A stretch of 64,000 nucleotides of DNA. Source: an uncultured Gemmatimonadaceae bacterium. Lineage in GTDB: Bacteria; Gemmatimonadota; Gemmatimonadetes; Gemmatimonadales; Gemmatimonadaceae. Below the pieces are notes generated by a model, which searched no databases, had not been told where the DNA came from, and worked only from the letters and a program-made list of their open reading frames with translations. Position 1 is the stretch's first letter, and every line of letters begins with the position of its first letter. Shown here piece by piece: positions 1 through 13,419 of the stretch. A program made the translations under genes and the position numbers. Where the stretch lies: positions 224,001 to 288,000 of the forward strand of contig CAWHHI010000005.1 in NCBI GenBank assembly GCA_963829055.1, written 5' to 3'.

Positions 1-1684
<1,684 letters not shown>

Positions 1685-1704
1685 TCAGCGCCCGGTTCCC
1701 GTGC

Positions 1705-2013
1705 TCAGGACAGCACGGCCAGAACGTCGCTCTCGCGGAGGATGAGAAGCGCCTCGCCGTCGATCGTGACTTCAGTGCCGCTGTATTTCCCGTACAGAAC
1801 CTTGTCGCCGACCTTCACTTCCATCGGCACGCGCTTGCCGTCGTCGAATCGGCCTGGGCCGGCAGCGACGATCTCGCCCTGCTGCGGCTTTTCCTTCGCG
1901 GTGTCGGGGATGAACAGTCCGCCGCGCGTCTGCTCGTTGCCTTCGAGTGACCGGACGACGACACGGTCCGCGAGCGGACCAACGTTGATGGATGTCGCGC
2001 TCTTGGTGGCCAT
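1705..2013 (-). CDS. groES: Co-chaperonin GroES
   Basis: PLADRVVVR...[24 protein letters not shown]...[15 protein letters not shown]...[11 protein letters not shown]; directly upstream of groEL. Confidence 0.98.
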   Translation of the reverse strand: MATKSATSINVGPLADRVVVRSLEGNEQTRGGLFIPDTAKEKPQQGEIVAAGPGRFDDGKRVPMEVKVGDKVLYGKYSGTEVTIDGEALLILRESDVLAVLS

Positions 2014-2074
2014 GGGTCGTGCGCCTCGCTGCTAGGTGGGACCGGGCGCAGGCAGATTGAACAGCGCCCAGCAG

Positions 2075-2128
2075 TCATTGACCAGTTGGATAATGAAGCA
2101 TACCTGTTTTCATCCAGTTGGTCAATGA
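2075..2128. promoter_or_regulatory. Paired operator-like inverted repeat overlapping the groESL promoter
   Basis: 17-bp arms TCATTGACCAGTTGGAT (2075-2091) and ATCCAGTTGGTCAATGA (2112-2128), 2 mismatches; each centred on CCAGTTGG. Confidence 0.6.
2097..2125 (-). promoter_or_regulatory. Sigma70-type promoter of groESL
   Basis: Minus strand TTGACC-N17-TATGCT, about 85 bp upstream of the groES ATG. Confidence 0.7.
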
Positions 2129-2204
2129 GCCGTTGACCGTGCCCACAGGGTGTGCTACGTTTCGCGCTCGATCCGTCCGGCAACCACTCGAGATTCGGTG
2201 TCGT

Positions 2205-2414
2205 ATGCGTTCTCGTCGCATGACTGCTGCCAACAGGCGGAACTCGATCGCGGGCCGCTGGCGTCCGTGGCTCTGGGACAGTGTGCCCGACGACATGGCC
2301 GCGAATGATGCGCCGTCCGAGGCCCCGATCGACGGGCCTTCGCGCGAGCAGATTTCGCTCTGGGCCGACGACGCCGCGTTAGGTCCGAGCGGCCCGCAGC
2401 TGCGACTGGAGTAG
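2205..2414 (+). CDS. Small hypothetical protein (about 69 aa)
   Basis: MRSRRMTAANRRNSIAGRWRPWLWDSVP...; fills the gap divergent from groES and is followed by a perfect hairpin; no recognisable family. Confidence 0.35.
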   Translation: MRSRRMTAANRRNSIAGRWRPWLWDSVPDDMAANDAPSEAPIDGPSREQISLWADDAALGPSGPQLRLE

Positions 2415-2421
2415 CGCACGG

Positions 2422-2451
2422 CGTGGGACCGCGGCGCGCCGCGGTCCCACG
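2422..2451. terminator. Perfect 30-bp palindrome, probable bidirectional terminator
   Basis: CGTGGGACCGCGGCGCGCCGCGGTCCCACG between convergent gene ends (2414 and 2470). Confidence 0.65.
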
Positions 2452-2469
2452 TGTTGGTGATCCGTTCTC

Positions 2470-3870
2470 CTACTGCAGCGACGTCGTCGTTCCCTGCGCA
2501 CTCGCCAGCGCGACGCGGGCGAGGTGATACGACGTCCGCGCATCGATCACGAGATCGCGTGCCGAGTTGAGGGACATCGACGCGGTGATGACGTCGGCGT
2601 TGCCGCTCACGCCCTGACGGAACCGCTCGCGCGCCTGCGCGACTTCCTGCTCCGCCAGCACGAGCCGCGCCTGTGCCGCCGCGACTTCCTCGCGCGCCGA
2701 CGCGACGCTGATCATCGCCGATCTCACATCCGTCTCTACCTGACGCCGGGTGTCGAGCGCCTGGACCTCGGCCTCTCGCTGGCGCGCACGCTCCTCCGCC
2801 AGCCGCGACTCGGTGCGCAGTCCGTCGAAGATCGGGAGCGACACCTGCACGCCGTACGAATACGTGCCTAACAGGCGATCGGTCTCTTTTCCGTTCGAGC
2901 CGTGGTCCGCGTAGAGCGACACAGCAGGCAGACGCTCGGCGGCCGCCGCGCGAGCATGCATCCGCGCGCCCTCACTCTGAGTGCGCGCCGCCTTGAAGTC
3001 TGCGCGCGATGCGAGCGCCGTCCGAAGGATCTCATCCTCGCGCCCCATCGCGTCGTTCGGCGACGGTGCGCGGAGTGAATCGGCAATCACGAGTGGTGCG
3101 CCGTCGGCGAGCGCCAGCTCGTGACGCAGTTGCAGCACACCGCGGTCGCGGTCTCCTCGTGTCGCGATGAGGCGCGCGCGTGCGTCGGCGAGCTGCGACT
3201 GGGCGCGCGTCACGTCGAGCGAAATCCCGACGCCGGCCTTGAGCTGCTGCTGCGCGATATCGAGCAGCTCCGCGGCGAGCGACGAATCTGCCTCGCGCGC
3301 CGCGATGCGCGCCTCGGCGCGAAGTACACGCAGATACGCGTTCGCCCCACGCTCGGCCGCGGTCTCCGCCGCGGCATCGGCGCGGTAGTGCACGGCGTCA
3401 GCGTCGGTCGCCGTCGCGCGCCAGTTGAACACGGATGGGACGTTGATCAGCTGTTGTGTGATACGCGCGCGCACGTCGATGCTGCGCACGGGACCGCGCA
3501 CCTCACCGTCGGGATCGAGCGGCGAGCCCCCGGGCGCGCTCGGAAAGTCCATCCCGAGCGATGCGGTGTTGAAGCTGCGCGTGCCGACCTGCGCGCTCGT
3601 CGAGAGGTTGGGCAGGAGCTCGGAGCGGCGCTGCGCCACGCGAGCGTCTGCCTGCGATGACCGCTCGCGCGCGGCCGCGGTGGATGCGCTACGCTCGGAC
3701 GCGATCCGTGCGGCGCCCCCGAGGGTTAGCGCGGTGGGCGTGCCCTGCGCTTCGACTGTGGTCCACGTTGCGAGCAGGCAACCCGTCGCGACGAGTGCGA
3801 CGAAGCAGACACGCGCGCCAGTGCGTCGCGGCGACGATGTGTCGGAGACGGCAGATGCTATGGAGATCAT
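2470..3870 (-). CDS. TolC/OEP-family outer membrane efflux protein
   Basis: C-terminal part of ORF 2470..4845; likely start MISIASAVS at 3870; signal peptide ending VEAQ, two OEP repeats (ELLPNLS..., ERLPAVSL...GVQVSLPIFDG, RERFRQGVS). Confidence 0.88.
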   Translation of the reverse strand: MISIASAVSDTSSPRRTGARVCFVALVATGCLLATWTTVEAQGTPTALTLGGAARIASERSASTAAARERSSQADARVAQRRSELLPNLSTSAQVGTRSFNTASLGMDFPSAPGGSPLDPDGEVRGPVRSIDVRARITQQLINVPSVFNWRATATDADAVHYRADAAAETAAERGANAYLRVLRAEARIAAREADSSLAAELLDIAQQQLKAGVGISLDVTRAQSQLADARARLIATRGDRDRGVLQLRHELALADGAPLVIADSLRAPSPNDAMGREDEILRTALASRADFKAARTQSEGARMHARAAAAERLPAVSLYADHGSNGKETDRLLGTYSYGVQVSLPIFDGLRTESRLAEERARQREAEVQALDTRRQVETDVRSAMISVASAREEVAAAQARLVLAEQEVAQARERFRQGVSGNADVITASMSLNSARDLVIDARTSYHLARVALASAQGTTTSLQ

Positions 3871-3918
3871 TGTAGTGGTCGTGTGAAGGTCGAGTGAGCG
3901 GATCACGGCGGGGAGAAA

Positions 3919-3934
3919 AGCAACGCCGAGGCCA
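3919..3934 (-). promoter_or_regulatory. Sigma54 (-24/-12) promoter of the TolC gene
   Basis: Minus strand TGGCCTCGGCGTTGCT: GG-N10-GC, about 50 bp before the ATG. Confidence 0.7.
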
Positions 3935-4032
3935 CGCGCGTCGCCCTGGTGCCTGACGTGTAACGCGCTGTGGATCCATGCGTTACAGGCTGGACGCGAC
4001 ACGCCGCGATGAACGTCGGGATACGAGTCGCA

Positions 4033-4066
4033 TTGCGCTATGTCGCGAGATCGCGAGATGCCGCAA
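4033..4066. promoter_or_regulatory. Upstream activator sequence (two 16-bp dyads), copy 1
   Basis: Minus strand TTGCGGCATCTCGCGA-TC-TCGCGACATAGCGCAA, 98 bp upstream of the -24/-12 box. Confidence 0.6.
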
Positions 4067-4104
4067 CGCGGTTGGCGCGAGCGAGCGTTAGGCGCGCCAA
4101 TGAA

Positions 4105-4141
4105 AACGGGGGTCAGAGTCGAATCGACTCTGACCCCCGTT
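4105..4141. repeat. REP-like perfect hairpin, possible terminator after the ABC permease
   Basis: AACGGGGGTCAGAGTCGA-A-TCGACTCTGACCCCCGTT (18-bp arms). Confidence 0.6.
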
Positions 4142-4226
4142 CGCGCCTTTCGCAGTTCACTCAGCGTCACCCAGCCACCAGCACGACCACCCAGCAACCA
4201 GCTTGCGGTTTCGCCGTTATGGAGTG

Positions 4227-5381
4227 TCAGGCAATGACTCGTTTGAATCTCCTCGTGGCCATGAACAATGTCCCCACCGACATCACCGTCAGTGTCAGGT
4301 ACTGCGGCCAGAGCTCTGCGACGCCGATGCCCTTCAGGAACACGCCGCGTACGATCTCCAGGAAGTAGCGGATCGGGTTGATCACCGTCAGCCACTGGAA
4401 GACCTTCGGCATGCTCTCGATCGGCGACATGAACCCCGAGAGCATCACCGCCGGCAACGCTACCAGAATCAGCAGCATGAACGCTTCCTGCTGCGTCCTG
4501 GACACCGTCGAGATGAGCAGGCCTAACGCCAACGCGGCGAGAATGTACAGGAGCGCCGCCAGCAACAGTGCCAGGAACGAGCCCTTCATTGGCACGCCGA
4601 ACTGGAACACCGTGAGCCCCGTGTACAGCAGCAGATGGAACAGCCCGATCAGCAGGACCGGAATCGTCTTGCCTAACATGAGCTCCGTCGGCGTGATCGG
4701 GCTGACGAGCAACTGATCGAGCGTCCCGATCTCTCGCTCGCGCACGACCGCCATAGCCGTCAGCATGAGGCAGATCATCAGGATCTGAATGCCCATGATG
4801 GCCGGGACGTTGAAGAACTTGCTCTCGAGGCTCGGATTGAACCACGCCCGCGAGCGCAGCTCCACGCCGCCCACCATCCGAATGCCGACCATCTTCGCGC
4901 CGAATCGCCCCGCGATCTGACTCGAGTACGACTGCGCGACCGTCGCCTGACTCGCGTCGGATCCGTCGAACAGCGCCTGCACCTTCGCGCCGCGACCGCT
5001 CCGCATGTCCGCCGCGAAACCCGGCGGAATCGTCAACCCCATCTGCACGTCACCCTTCGCCAGCGCCGCGACGACATCCTCGGCCCGATCCGCCCGCTTC
5101 GTGACGACGAAGTACCCGGTGGAACCATACGCGTCGATCAGCGCACGCGACTCCGCCGTCTGGTCGTGATCGACGACCATCATCGAGACGTCCTTCACGT
5201 CCGTCGTTGCCGCGTAGCCGAGCATGATCATCTGCAGGACGGGAGAGACGAAGATGATCGGGCGCGACTTCGGATCGCGGACCACCTGTTTCAGCTCCTT
5301 CCGCACCATCTGCCGCAGCCGGCCCCACGAGAACCACCGGCGAGCCGGAGCGGGAGCCGGCTTTTCGTTGGCCCGCGTCAT
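4227..5381 (-). CDS. ABC-2 type transporter permease (YbhR-like)
   Basis: Start MTRANEK at 5381 overlaps the upstream stop; RKELKQVVRD, REREIGTLDQLLVSP, LSGFMSPIESMP, NPIRYF. Confidence 0.92.
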   Translation of the reverse strand: MTRANEKPAPAPARRWFSWGRLRQMVRKELKQVVRDPKSRPIIFVSPVLQMIMLGYAATTDVKDVSMMVVDHDQTAESRALIDAYGSTGYFVVTKRADRAEDVVAALAKGDVQMGLTIPPGFAADMRSGRGAKVQALFDGSDASQATVAQSYSSQIAGRFGAKMVGIRMVGGVELRSRAWFNPSLESKFFNVPAIMGIQILMICLMLTAMAVVREREIGTLDQLLVSPITPTELMLGKTIPVLLIGLFHLLLYTGLTVFQFGVPMKGSFLALLLAALLYILAALALGLLISTVSRTQQEAFMLLILVALPAVMLSGFMSPIESMPKVFQWLTVINPIRYFLEIVRGVFLKGIGVAELWPQYLTLTVMSVGTLFMATRRFKRVIA

Positions 5382-6592
5382 GTGAGCTCCTTTTTGAAAT
5401 TCCTGATGCTGAGAGCGACGGTACCCGCCGCGTAGATCGAGAGGCCGAGGATCGCGGGCCACAGCACGTCGAGACCGTTGCCCTTGAGGAACACGCCGCG
5501 CGTGAACGAGACGTAGTAGCGCGCCGGCACCACGCGCGAGATCCACTGCAGCGCGGTCGGCATGTTGGTCAGCGTGTACATGAAGCCGGAGAACAACAGC
5601 GCCGGCATGTACGTCGCGAAGATCGCCGCCTGGCTCGCCAGCAGCTGCGACTTGAGCGACGTCGACAACAGCGTCCCGAGGCCGAGCACGCCGATGAGGA
5701 ACACCGTCGTACCTAACGCGAACGTCAGCAGATTGCCGCGGAACGGCACCTCGAACACGAACACGCCGACGATCAGCGCCATCGCGACGTCGATCAGTCC
5801 GATCACGAGGTATGGAAGCAGCTTTCCGAGAATGACCTCGGTCCGGCTCACGGGCGTCGCGGCGAGCTGCTCCATCGTTCCGCGCTCCCACTCACGCGCC
5901 ACGGTCAGCGACGTCAGCATGGCCGAGATGATCGACATGATCACGGCGATGAGTCCGGGGACGATCATCGCGCGACTGTCGAGCGTCTCGTTGTACCACA
6001 CGCGGCCTTCCGCCTGCACGGGCGCCGGGGGCGCCTTGGCGACGACCAACGCGTTCTGCGAGTACGTCCGCGCGATCGCGTCGGCGTAGCCGCGCGCCAC
6101 GTTAGCTGTCTTCGCATCGCTGCCGTCGAGCAACAACTCCACCGGCGCCGCGCGACCGCCCTTGAGATCCACCGAGAATCGCTCGGGAATCACGATCACG
6201 ACCCGCACCTTGGCCAGGTCGATCAGCTGCTCCACATCTTCGGCCGTCGCCGGCGTGTACTTCACCGTGAAGTAGCTCGACCCCGCGAACGCCGCCGTGA
6301 GCGCTCGGCTTTCCGGCGTGTGATCGCGGTCCACGATCGCGGTGGTGATGTGCTGGACGTCGGTGGTGATGGCGTATCCGAACAGGATCAGCATGATGAG
6401 CGGCAGCACGAACGCGAGGCCGAGACTGCGCGCGTCGCGACGGAGCTGGATCGCTTCCTTGCGCGCGATCGCCCAGAGACGGGTGATGCTGAACGACTTC
6501 GGCGCGTGCGCTTGCATCGTTTCCCACTCCGCGGTTCTGCTCGCGGGGCGCGCGGGCACCGGGAAGTCGTCGGTGATCGATATCAATGTCAT
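5378..6592 (-). CDS. ABC-2 type transporter permease (YbhS-like)
   Basis: IARKEAIQLRRD, VAREWERGTMEQLAATP, PARYY; start at 6592 (ATGA overlap) or 6517. Confidence 0.92.
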   Translation of the reverse strand: MTLISITDDFPVPARPASRTAEWETMQAHAPKSFSITRLWAIARKEAIQLRRDARSLGLAFVLPLIMLILFGYAITTDVQHITTAIVDRDHTPESRALTAAFAGSSYFTVKYTPATAEDVEQLIDLAKVRVVIVIPERFSVDLKGGRAAPVELLLDGSDAKTANVARGYADAIARTYSQNALVVAKAPPAPVQAEGRVWYNETLDSRAMIVPGLIAVIMSIISAMLTSLTVAREWERGTMEQLAATPVSRTEVILGKLLPYLVIGLIDVAMALIVGVFVFEVPFRGNLLTFALGTTVFLIGVLGLGTLLSTSLKSQLLASQAAIFATYMPALLFSGFMYTLTNMPTALQWISRVVPARYYVSFTRGVFLKGNGLDVLWPAILGLSIYAAGTVALSIRNFKKELT

Positions 6593-7552
6593 GAGATCAT
6601 CGCTCCGCCCGCATGCCTGACGCGGGACACGAACACGTCCTCCAGTGAGGCAGGCACGATCTCGATCGATCGGCATCGGAGGCCCGCCGCTTCTATGCGT
6701 TCACGAATGACAGTTGTCGCCTGTGCTGCTTCCTTCACCACCACGCGTAGGGCTCGGCCGAACAGGCTCGCGTCGACGATGCCGTCGGCACCCGTCAGCG
6801 TCGCTAACGGCACGCGGGGCGTTCTCGGTCTCCACGCGCAGCACGACTTCCGTCATGCTGGCGCGCATCTCGCCCGGCGTACCTAACGCGATCAGCTTGC
6901 CGCGGTTCATGAGCGCGAGCCGGTCACAGTACTCGGCTTCTTCCATGTAGTGCGTGCTGACGAACACCGTCGTGCCACCGGTCGACAGCTCGCGGATGAC
7001 CTCCCAGAACGCGCGGCGGGCGAGCGGGTCCACGCCCGACGTCGGCTCGTCCAGGAACAGCACCGGCGGTTCGTGCAGAACGGCGCAGCCGAGTGCGAGT
7101 CGCTGCTTCCAGCCTAACGGGAGATCGCCAGTCGAGCGGTTGACGTGATCGGCGAGTCCCGACATCGCGAGGACCCACGCACGACGTCGCTGGAAGCGCT
7201 CGCCGGTGACCTCACGAAGGCCCGCGGCGAACTCGATGTTTTCATCGACCGTCAGGTCGTGGTACAGCGAGAACAACTGCGACATGTAGCCGATCGCGTG
7301 CTTGATGCGGTCGCCGTCCGTCGAGACGTCGAGCCCGACGACGTGGCCCGTGCCGGCGGTCGGACGCACCAGCCCGGTCAGCATCTTGATCGTCGTCGTC
7401 TTGCCGGCGCCGTTAGGCCCGAGGAAGCCGAAGACCTCGCCGCGCCCAACGGTGAACGTCACGGCATCCACGGCGGTGAAGGCGCCGTAGCGGCGCGTCA
7501 GGCCGTCCACAGCGACGGCCATGTTGTTCGAGTGAGTTGGCTCAGTTGGCAT
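6589..7552 (-). CDS. ABC transporter ATP-binding protein (YbhF-like), apparent +1 frameshift near 6806
   Basis: Walker A GPNGAGKT, signature-like LPLGWKQ, LFLDEPT, STHY; C-terminus continues in ORF 6589..6813 (SLEDVF). Confidence 0.88.
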
Positions 7553-8502
7553 TGTCGTCACCGCTGGACAGATCTATGAAGACATCCTCGAGCGACGGCT
7601 CGAGCGCCTGCATGCTGTGCACGGCGATGCCACCCCGCTCGAGTACGCCGCGAAGCTCGGTTTCCTGCCCCTGGGAGCCGAGGGTGAGGTGCAACGATTG
7701 GCCGAACATGGCCGCGCTGCGGACGCCCGACTGGGCGCGCATCAGGTCCATCGCCAGCCGTGGCGAGTCGGAATGGATCGCGATCGTGCGGCCGCGTAAG
7801 CGATCCTGCAGCGCAATCGGCGTGTCGAGCGCCGCGAGCTTCCCCTTGTTGAGCAGCGCCACGCGGTCGCAGCGCTCGGCCTCATCGAGATACGCCGTCG
7901 ACACGATCGCCGTCATGCCGTTGGCGACCATCTCGTGCACGATCAGCCACAGCTCGCGGCGCGAGATCGGGTCGACGCCGAACGTCGGCTCGTCCAGCAG
8001 CAGGACCTCCGGCTCGTGGATCAGCGCGCAGCATAACGAGAGCTTCTGCTTCATTCCCCCGGAGAGCGCGGACGCGAGTCGACCCTCGAACTGGCCGAGC
8101 TGCGAGAACGCGAACAGACGCTCGAGCCGCTTCGCGCGGGCCTTGCGCGGTACGCCGTACAGGTCCGCGTAGAACTCGAATGTTCTCGCGAACCGTGAGA
8201 TCGCCGTACAGGCCGAAGCGCTGCGACATGTAGGCGATGCGGTGCTTCACGCCTTCCGGATCCTTCACGACGCTGGTGCCCACGACCGTCGCATCGCCGC
8301 CCGTCGGACGGAGCACGCCGGCGAGGATGCGGAGCGTGGTCGTCTTGCCGGAACCGTCAGGCCCGACGATCCCGAACAGCTCCCCCGCCGCGACGTCGAA
8401 CGACAGCGCGTCGAGCGCCGTCAGATCGCCGAACGTTCGTGTGAGTCCCGTGACGGACACGGCAGGCGCTCCCGCACGTGTCGTCCGATCGTTGCGCTGC
8501 AT
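7542..8502 (-). CDS. ABC transporter ATP-binding protein (YbhF-like), apparent +1 frameshift near 8180
   Basis: GPDGSGKTT in ORF 7882..8502; LSGGMKQKL and LLLDEPTFGVDP in the frame of ORF 7542..8054. Confidence 0.88.
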
Positions 8503-8512
8503 GGTCGGATCC

Positions 8513-9527
8513 TCAGTGGCTCGACGCGACGACCGGCATCTCGAACCGCACGTCGGCCGGGAGCCCGGGCTTGAGATCGACGTTGGTGTCGCCAGCGACT
8601 CGGACGCGCACTTCGTACACGAGCTTCACGCGATCCTTCGTGGACTGCACGTTGCGCGGCGTGAACTCCGCGACACTCGCGATGTACGAGATCGAGCCCG
8701 TGTAATGCTTGTCGGGGTTGGCGTCGCCGGTGATGGAGGCGGGTTGGCCGAGCTTGAGACTGCCGACCTCGTCCCCGGGGATGTAGACGCGGACCCAGCG
8801 GTCGTCGAAGTTGCGGATCGTCAGCACGGGCGCGCCTGGAGACACGGCTTCGCCCGGTTCACGAATGCCTAACGGTGATCGTGCCCGAGAACGGCGCGGT
8901 GAGCTCGGTCTGCCTGAGCATTGCGTCAATGCGCTGGACGGTGGCCGTCGCCTGCGCGAGTGCGGCGCGCTGGGCGGCGATGCGCTCGCTGCGGGGGCCG
9001 ATCTCGAGGAGCTGCAGGTCTTCCTTCGCCTTGGCAACTTCGCCCTGCGATACGCTGAGCTCCGTGCGCTGGTGATCGAACGCCTGACGACTCACGAGCG
9101 ACTGCTCGGCCAGCGGCTCCAGGCGGGTGACGTCGCGCTGCGCCGCGTCGCGCTTCTCGGTCGCGACGGCGAGTACGGCGCGGGCGTGAGCGATCTCTTC
9201 ACGCCGAGCGCCCGCGAGCAACTCGGACAAACCTGCCTGCGCGGCGGCGACCTGTGCGCGCGTGATGTCCCGCTGTGCGATGAGCTCCGACTGTTCGAGG
9301 CTCGCGAGGCGGGTACCGGCGGCGACCTGGTCGCCTTCGCGCACCGTCAGGTGCTCGAGGCGGCCGGAAAGCTGAAAGCCGAGTTCAGCCTGTGTAGCCT
9401 CGACGGTGCCCGAGGCGAGGATGACGGCGCCGTCACGGTCGGCGGCCGAAGTGGTGCGGTATATGGCGAATGCGCCGATCGCGGAAAGAACGACGCCGCC
9501 AATGATGATGCGCGGTGTTTTCTGCAT
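8513..9527 (-). CDS. HlyD/YbhG-family membrane fusion protein, apparent +1 frameshift near 8865
   Basis: MQKTPRIII TM anchor, SGTVEA, V.EGD.V..G, coiled coil, APFSG; C-terminus AEFTPRNVQS...RVKLVY...LKPGLPADV in ORF 8513..9037. Confidence 0.88.
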
Positions 9528-9589
9528 GGGTGTGGTTCCGAAGAGAGTGCGTGCCTGACTGGGCGCTGGTGTCGTGCGCCGAGAAGGAA

Positions 9590-9605
9590 GGCAACGCCGG
9601 GACCA
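9590..9605 (-). promoter_or_regulatory. Sigma54 (-24/-12) promoter of the HlyD-ABC operon
   Basis: Minus strand TGGTCCCGGCGTTGCC: GG-N10-GC. Confidence 0.7.
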
Positions 9606-9708
9606 CACCACGATCGAGCGTCGTCGCGATCGCGTAAGCGATTGTGCCGCTGCGGAATGGCTCGCGGATCCGGACCACGGAAATTCAGTGTGACTAGCCT
9701 GCTCCGCA

Positions 9709-9742
9709 TCGCGGAATCTCGCAAGGTCGCGGAATCTCGCGA
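9709..9742. promoter_or_regulatory. Upstream activator sequence, copy 2
   Basis: TCGCGGAATCTCGCAA-GG-TCGCGGAATCTCGCGA, 103 bp upstream of the -24/-12 box. Confidence 0.6.
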
Positions 9743-9747
9743 CCGGT

Positions 9748-9875
9748 TGTCATTCCGAGCGGTTGTCATTCCGAGCGAGCGTCAGGCGAGTCGAGGAATC
9801 GCGATCTCCCGATAGAGGGCCCTCTACCGGGACGTCCGATCCCGACTCCGCCTCGCGACTTCGCTCGGAATGACA
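9748..9875. repeat. Palindromic REP/MITE-like element (TGTCATTCCGAGC...GCTCGGAATGACA family)
   Basis: Terminal inverted repeat with a duplicated left end; core GTCGAGGAATCGCGATC.TCCCGATAGAGGG..CTCTACC also present, inverted, at 46558-46695. Confidence 0.75.
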
Positions 9876-9880
9876 GCCGG

Positions 9881-11546
<1,666 letters not shown>

Positions 11547-11547
11547 G

Positions 11548-13134
11548 TCACGAGCTCAGCTTGGCGATCCCGTGCTTCTCCATGCGCGAGCGGAGCGTGC
11601 TCGCGTTGATACCGAGCAGCGCCGCGGCGCCTCCCGGCCCGTGAATCCGGCCAGCAGCAACGTCCAGGGCGCGGCGGATTTGCGTCTGCTCGTGCTCGTC
11701 GAGCGTCACGATGCGCTCGTCGGTCACCGGCACGGCTTCCGGTACCGGCCGGTCGCCGCCGAGCGCGGTCGCGACGTCGACGACAGGCCCGCGAGCCAGA
11801 ACGCACGCCCGCTCGAGAACATTCTGAAGCTCGCGGATGTTGCCCGGCCACGCGTACTCCACGAGCGCGTGCATGCCGCTCGGCGTCACGCCGTGGAGGG
11901 GCTTCGCGAGCTTGCGCTGGAAGTGCGCCAGGAAGTGCCTAACGAGGAGCGGAATGTCTTCCGGTCGCTCGCGCAGCGGCGGAACGCGAATCGGGAACAC
12001 GTTGAGGCGGTAGTACAGATCCGAGCGGAACCGCGCGTCGGCCATCTCGACGTCCAGGTCTCGATTGGTGGCCGCGACGAGACGTGCGTCCACGCTGATC
12101 GCTCGCCCGCCACCGACACGCTCGAACTCCTGCTCCTGGAGGACACGAAGCAGCTTCACCTGCGTGTCGAGTGGCAGCTCGCCGACTTCGTCCATGAACA
12201 GCGTGCCCTTGTCGGCAAGCTCGAACCGTCCGATCCGCCGCTGCAGCGCCCCGGTGAACGCGCCGCGTTCGTGCCCGAACAGCTCACTCTCGACCATGCC
12301 CTGCGGGATCGCACCGCAATTCACCTTGATCATCGGCCGACCGGCGCGCGGGCTGAGCTCGTGGATCGCTCGCGCGATCAGCTCCTTCCCTGTCCCGGTC
12401 TCGCCCGTCAGCAGCACGGTCGTGTCTACGGCGGCGACCTGCTTCACCTTTCGCAACACGGCGCGAAGCGCGGGACTCTGTCCGACGATCTCCTCGAATC
12501 CGCGCTCGCTTCGGATCTCTTCCTGGAGATACGCGTTCTCGACCTGCAGGCGCTCCTTGTAGCGCTCCAGCTGTGCGAACAGGTGCGCGCTCTTGATGGC
12601 CATCCCCGCCTGATCGGCGAAGATGCCTAACAGCTCGAACTCCTGCGGGTCGAAGGGCCTGCGGCCGATCATCCCCATCACCCCCATCAGCTCACCGCGA
12701 AACTCGAGTGGCTGAGCACCGGCCGCGACGACTCCGGCATCGCGATAGAACTGCACGAGATCCGGCGCCGCATACCCGACGACGTCTCTCGGCAAGTCGT
12801 TCGTCAGGAACGGCTTTCGTTCACGAGCGACCTTCGTCGGAGGTGAGGGGGTGTCGAGCGACAGCGCGTGGTGATCGCGGAAGCTGCCGCGCATGTCCCC
12901 GGCGTCCGCGTGAAGGTGCAGCCGCTTCACGCCGGGTGCGGCCGTCGTCTGCGAGGTGCCCGTCGCACGGCACACGTCGCATTCGTCGTCGGTCTGATAC
13001 AGAAACACGCGCACGAACGACGCGCCCGTATGCTGCGCGAGCGACGAGGCGATCGAGTTGAGGAGTACCGGAAGCTCCGACGTCACGGCCATGTCGCGCG
13101 TGACGCGGCGCAGCATCTCGAGGGGCGCGTTCAC
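11548..13134 (-). CDS. GAF + AAA+ sigma54-dependent activator (FhlA-like), paralogue
   Basis: [53 protein letters not shown]. Confidence 0.93.
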   Translation of the reverse strand: MNAPLEMLRRVTRDMAVTSELPVLLNSIASSLAQHTGASFVRVFLYQTDDECDVCRATGTSQTTAAPGVKRLHLHADAGDMRGSFRDHHALSLDTPSPPTKVARERKPFLTNDLPRDVVGYAAPDLVQFYRDAGVVAAGAQPLEFRGELMGVMGMIGRRPFDPQEFELLGIFADQAGMAIKSAHLFAQLERYKERLQVENAYLQEEIRSERGFEEIVGQSPALRAVLRKVKQVAAVDTTVLLTGETGTGKELIARAIHELSPRAGRPMIKVNCGAIPQGMVESELFGHERGAFTGALQRRIGRFELADKGTLFMDEVGELPLDTQVKLLRVLQEQEFERVGGGRAISVDARLVAATNRDLDVEMADARFRSDLYYRLNVFPIRVPPLRERPEDIPLLVRHFLAHFQRKLAKPLHGVTPSGMHALVEYAWPGNIRELQNVLERACVLARGPVVDVATALGGDRPVPEAVPVTDERIVTLDEHEQTQIRRALDVAAGRIHGPGGAAALLGINASTLRSRMEKHGIAKLSS

Positions 13135-13170
13135 CTGCGTTCACATACCACGGCTGTCATGAGTTACAGA

Positions 13171-13204
13171 CTGCGAGATCTCCCAATCTCGCGACATACC
13201 ACGA
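13171..13204. promoter_or_regulatory. Upstream activator sequence, copy 3
   Basis: CTGCGAGATCTCCCAA-TC-TCGCGACATACCACGA, 100 bp upstream of the -24/-12 box at 13305. Confidence 0.55.
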
Positions 13205-13304
13205 TCCCACAAGAGTCGAGTCGCGACCGCAGCCACTGACGGTGATCAGGCTAAGTCACGCCGGGACTTGAGGATCTGCAGTGCAGACCGCGCGCACTCC
13301 CAGT

Positions 13305-13320
13305 TGGTCCCGGCGTTGCT
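13305..13320 (+). promoter_or_regulatory. Sigma54 (-24/-12) promoter of the TetR gene
   Basis: TGGTCCCGGCGTTGCT; 15/16 identical to the promoter at 9590-9605. Confidence 0.72.
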
Positions 13321-13419
13321 TTTGACCTCGGCGCGCCTCGGTGGACCGGTGCGCCCACCGAGCCACGGGTGACGACGTGTGCCGCCCGCGCTGCGGGATT
13401 ACGCCTCAACATCGATCTT

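Noticed and set aside
2470..4845. 791-aa ORF as an ABC-TolC fusion
   Set aside because: The N-terminal part is an off-frame read of the permease plus intergenic DNA containing a hairpin, UAS and promoter; the real gene starts near 3870.
9709..9875. Repeats here, at 40949-41141 and at 46558-46695 as CRISPR arrays or IS ends
   Set aside because: No regular repeat-spacer periodicity, and no cas or transposase gene in the window.
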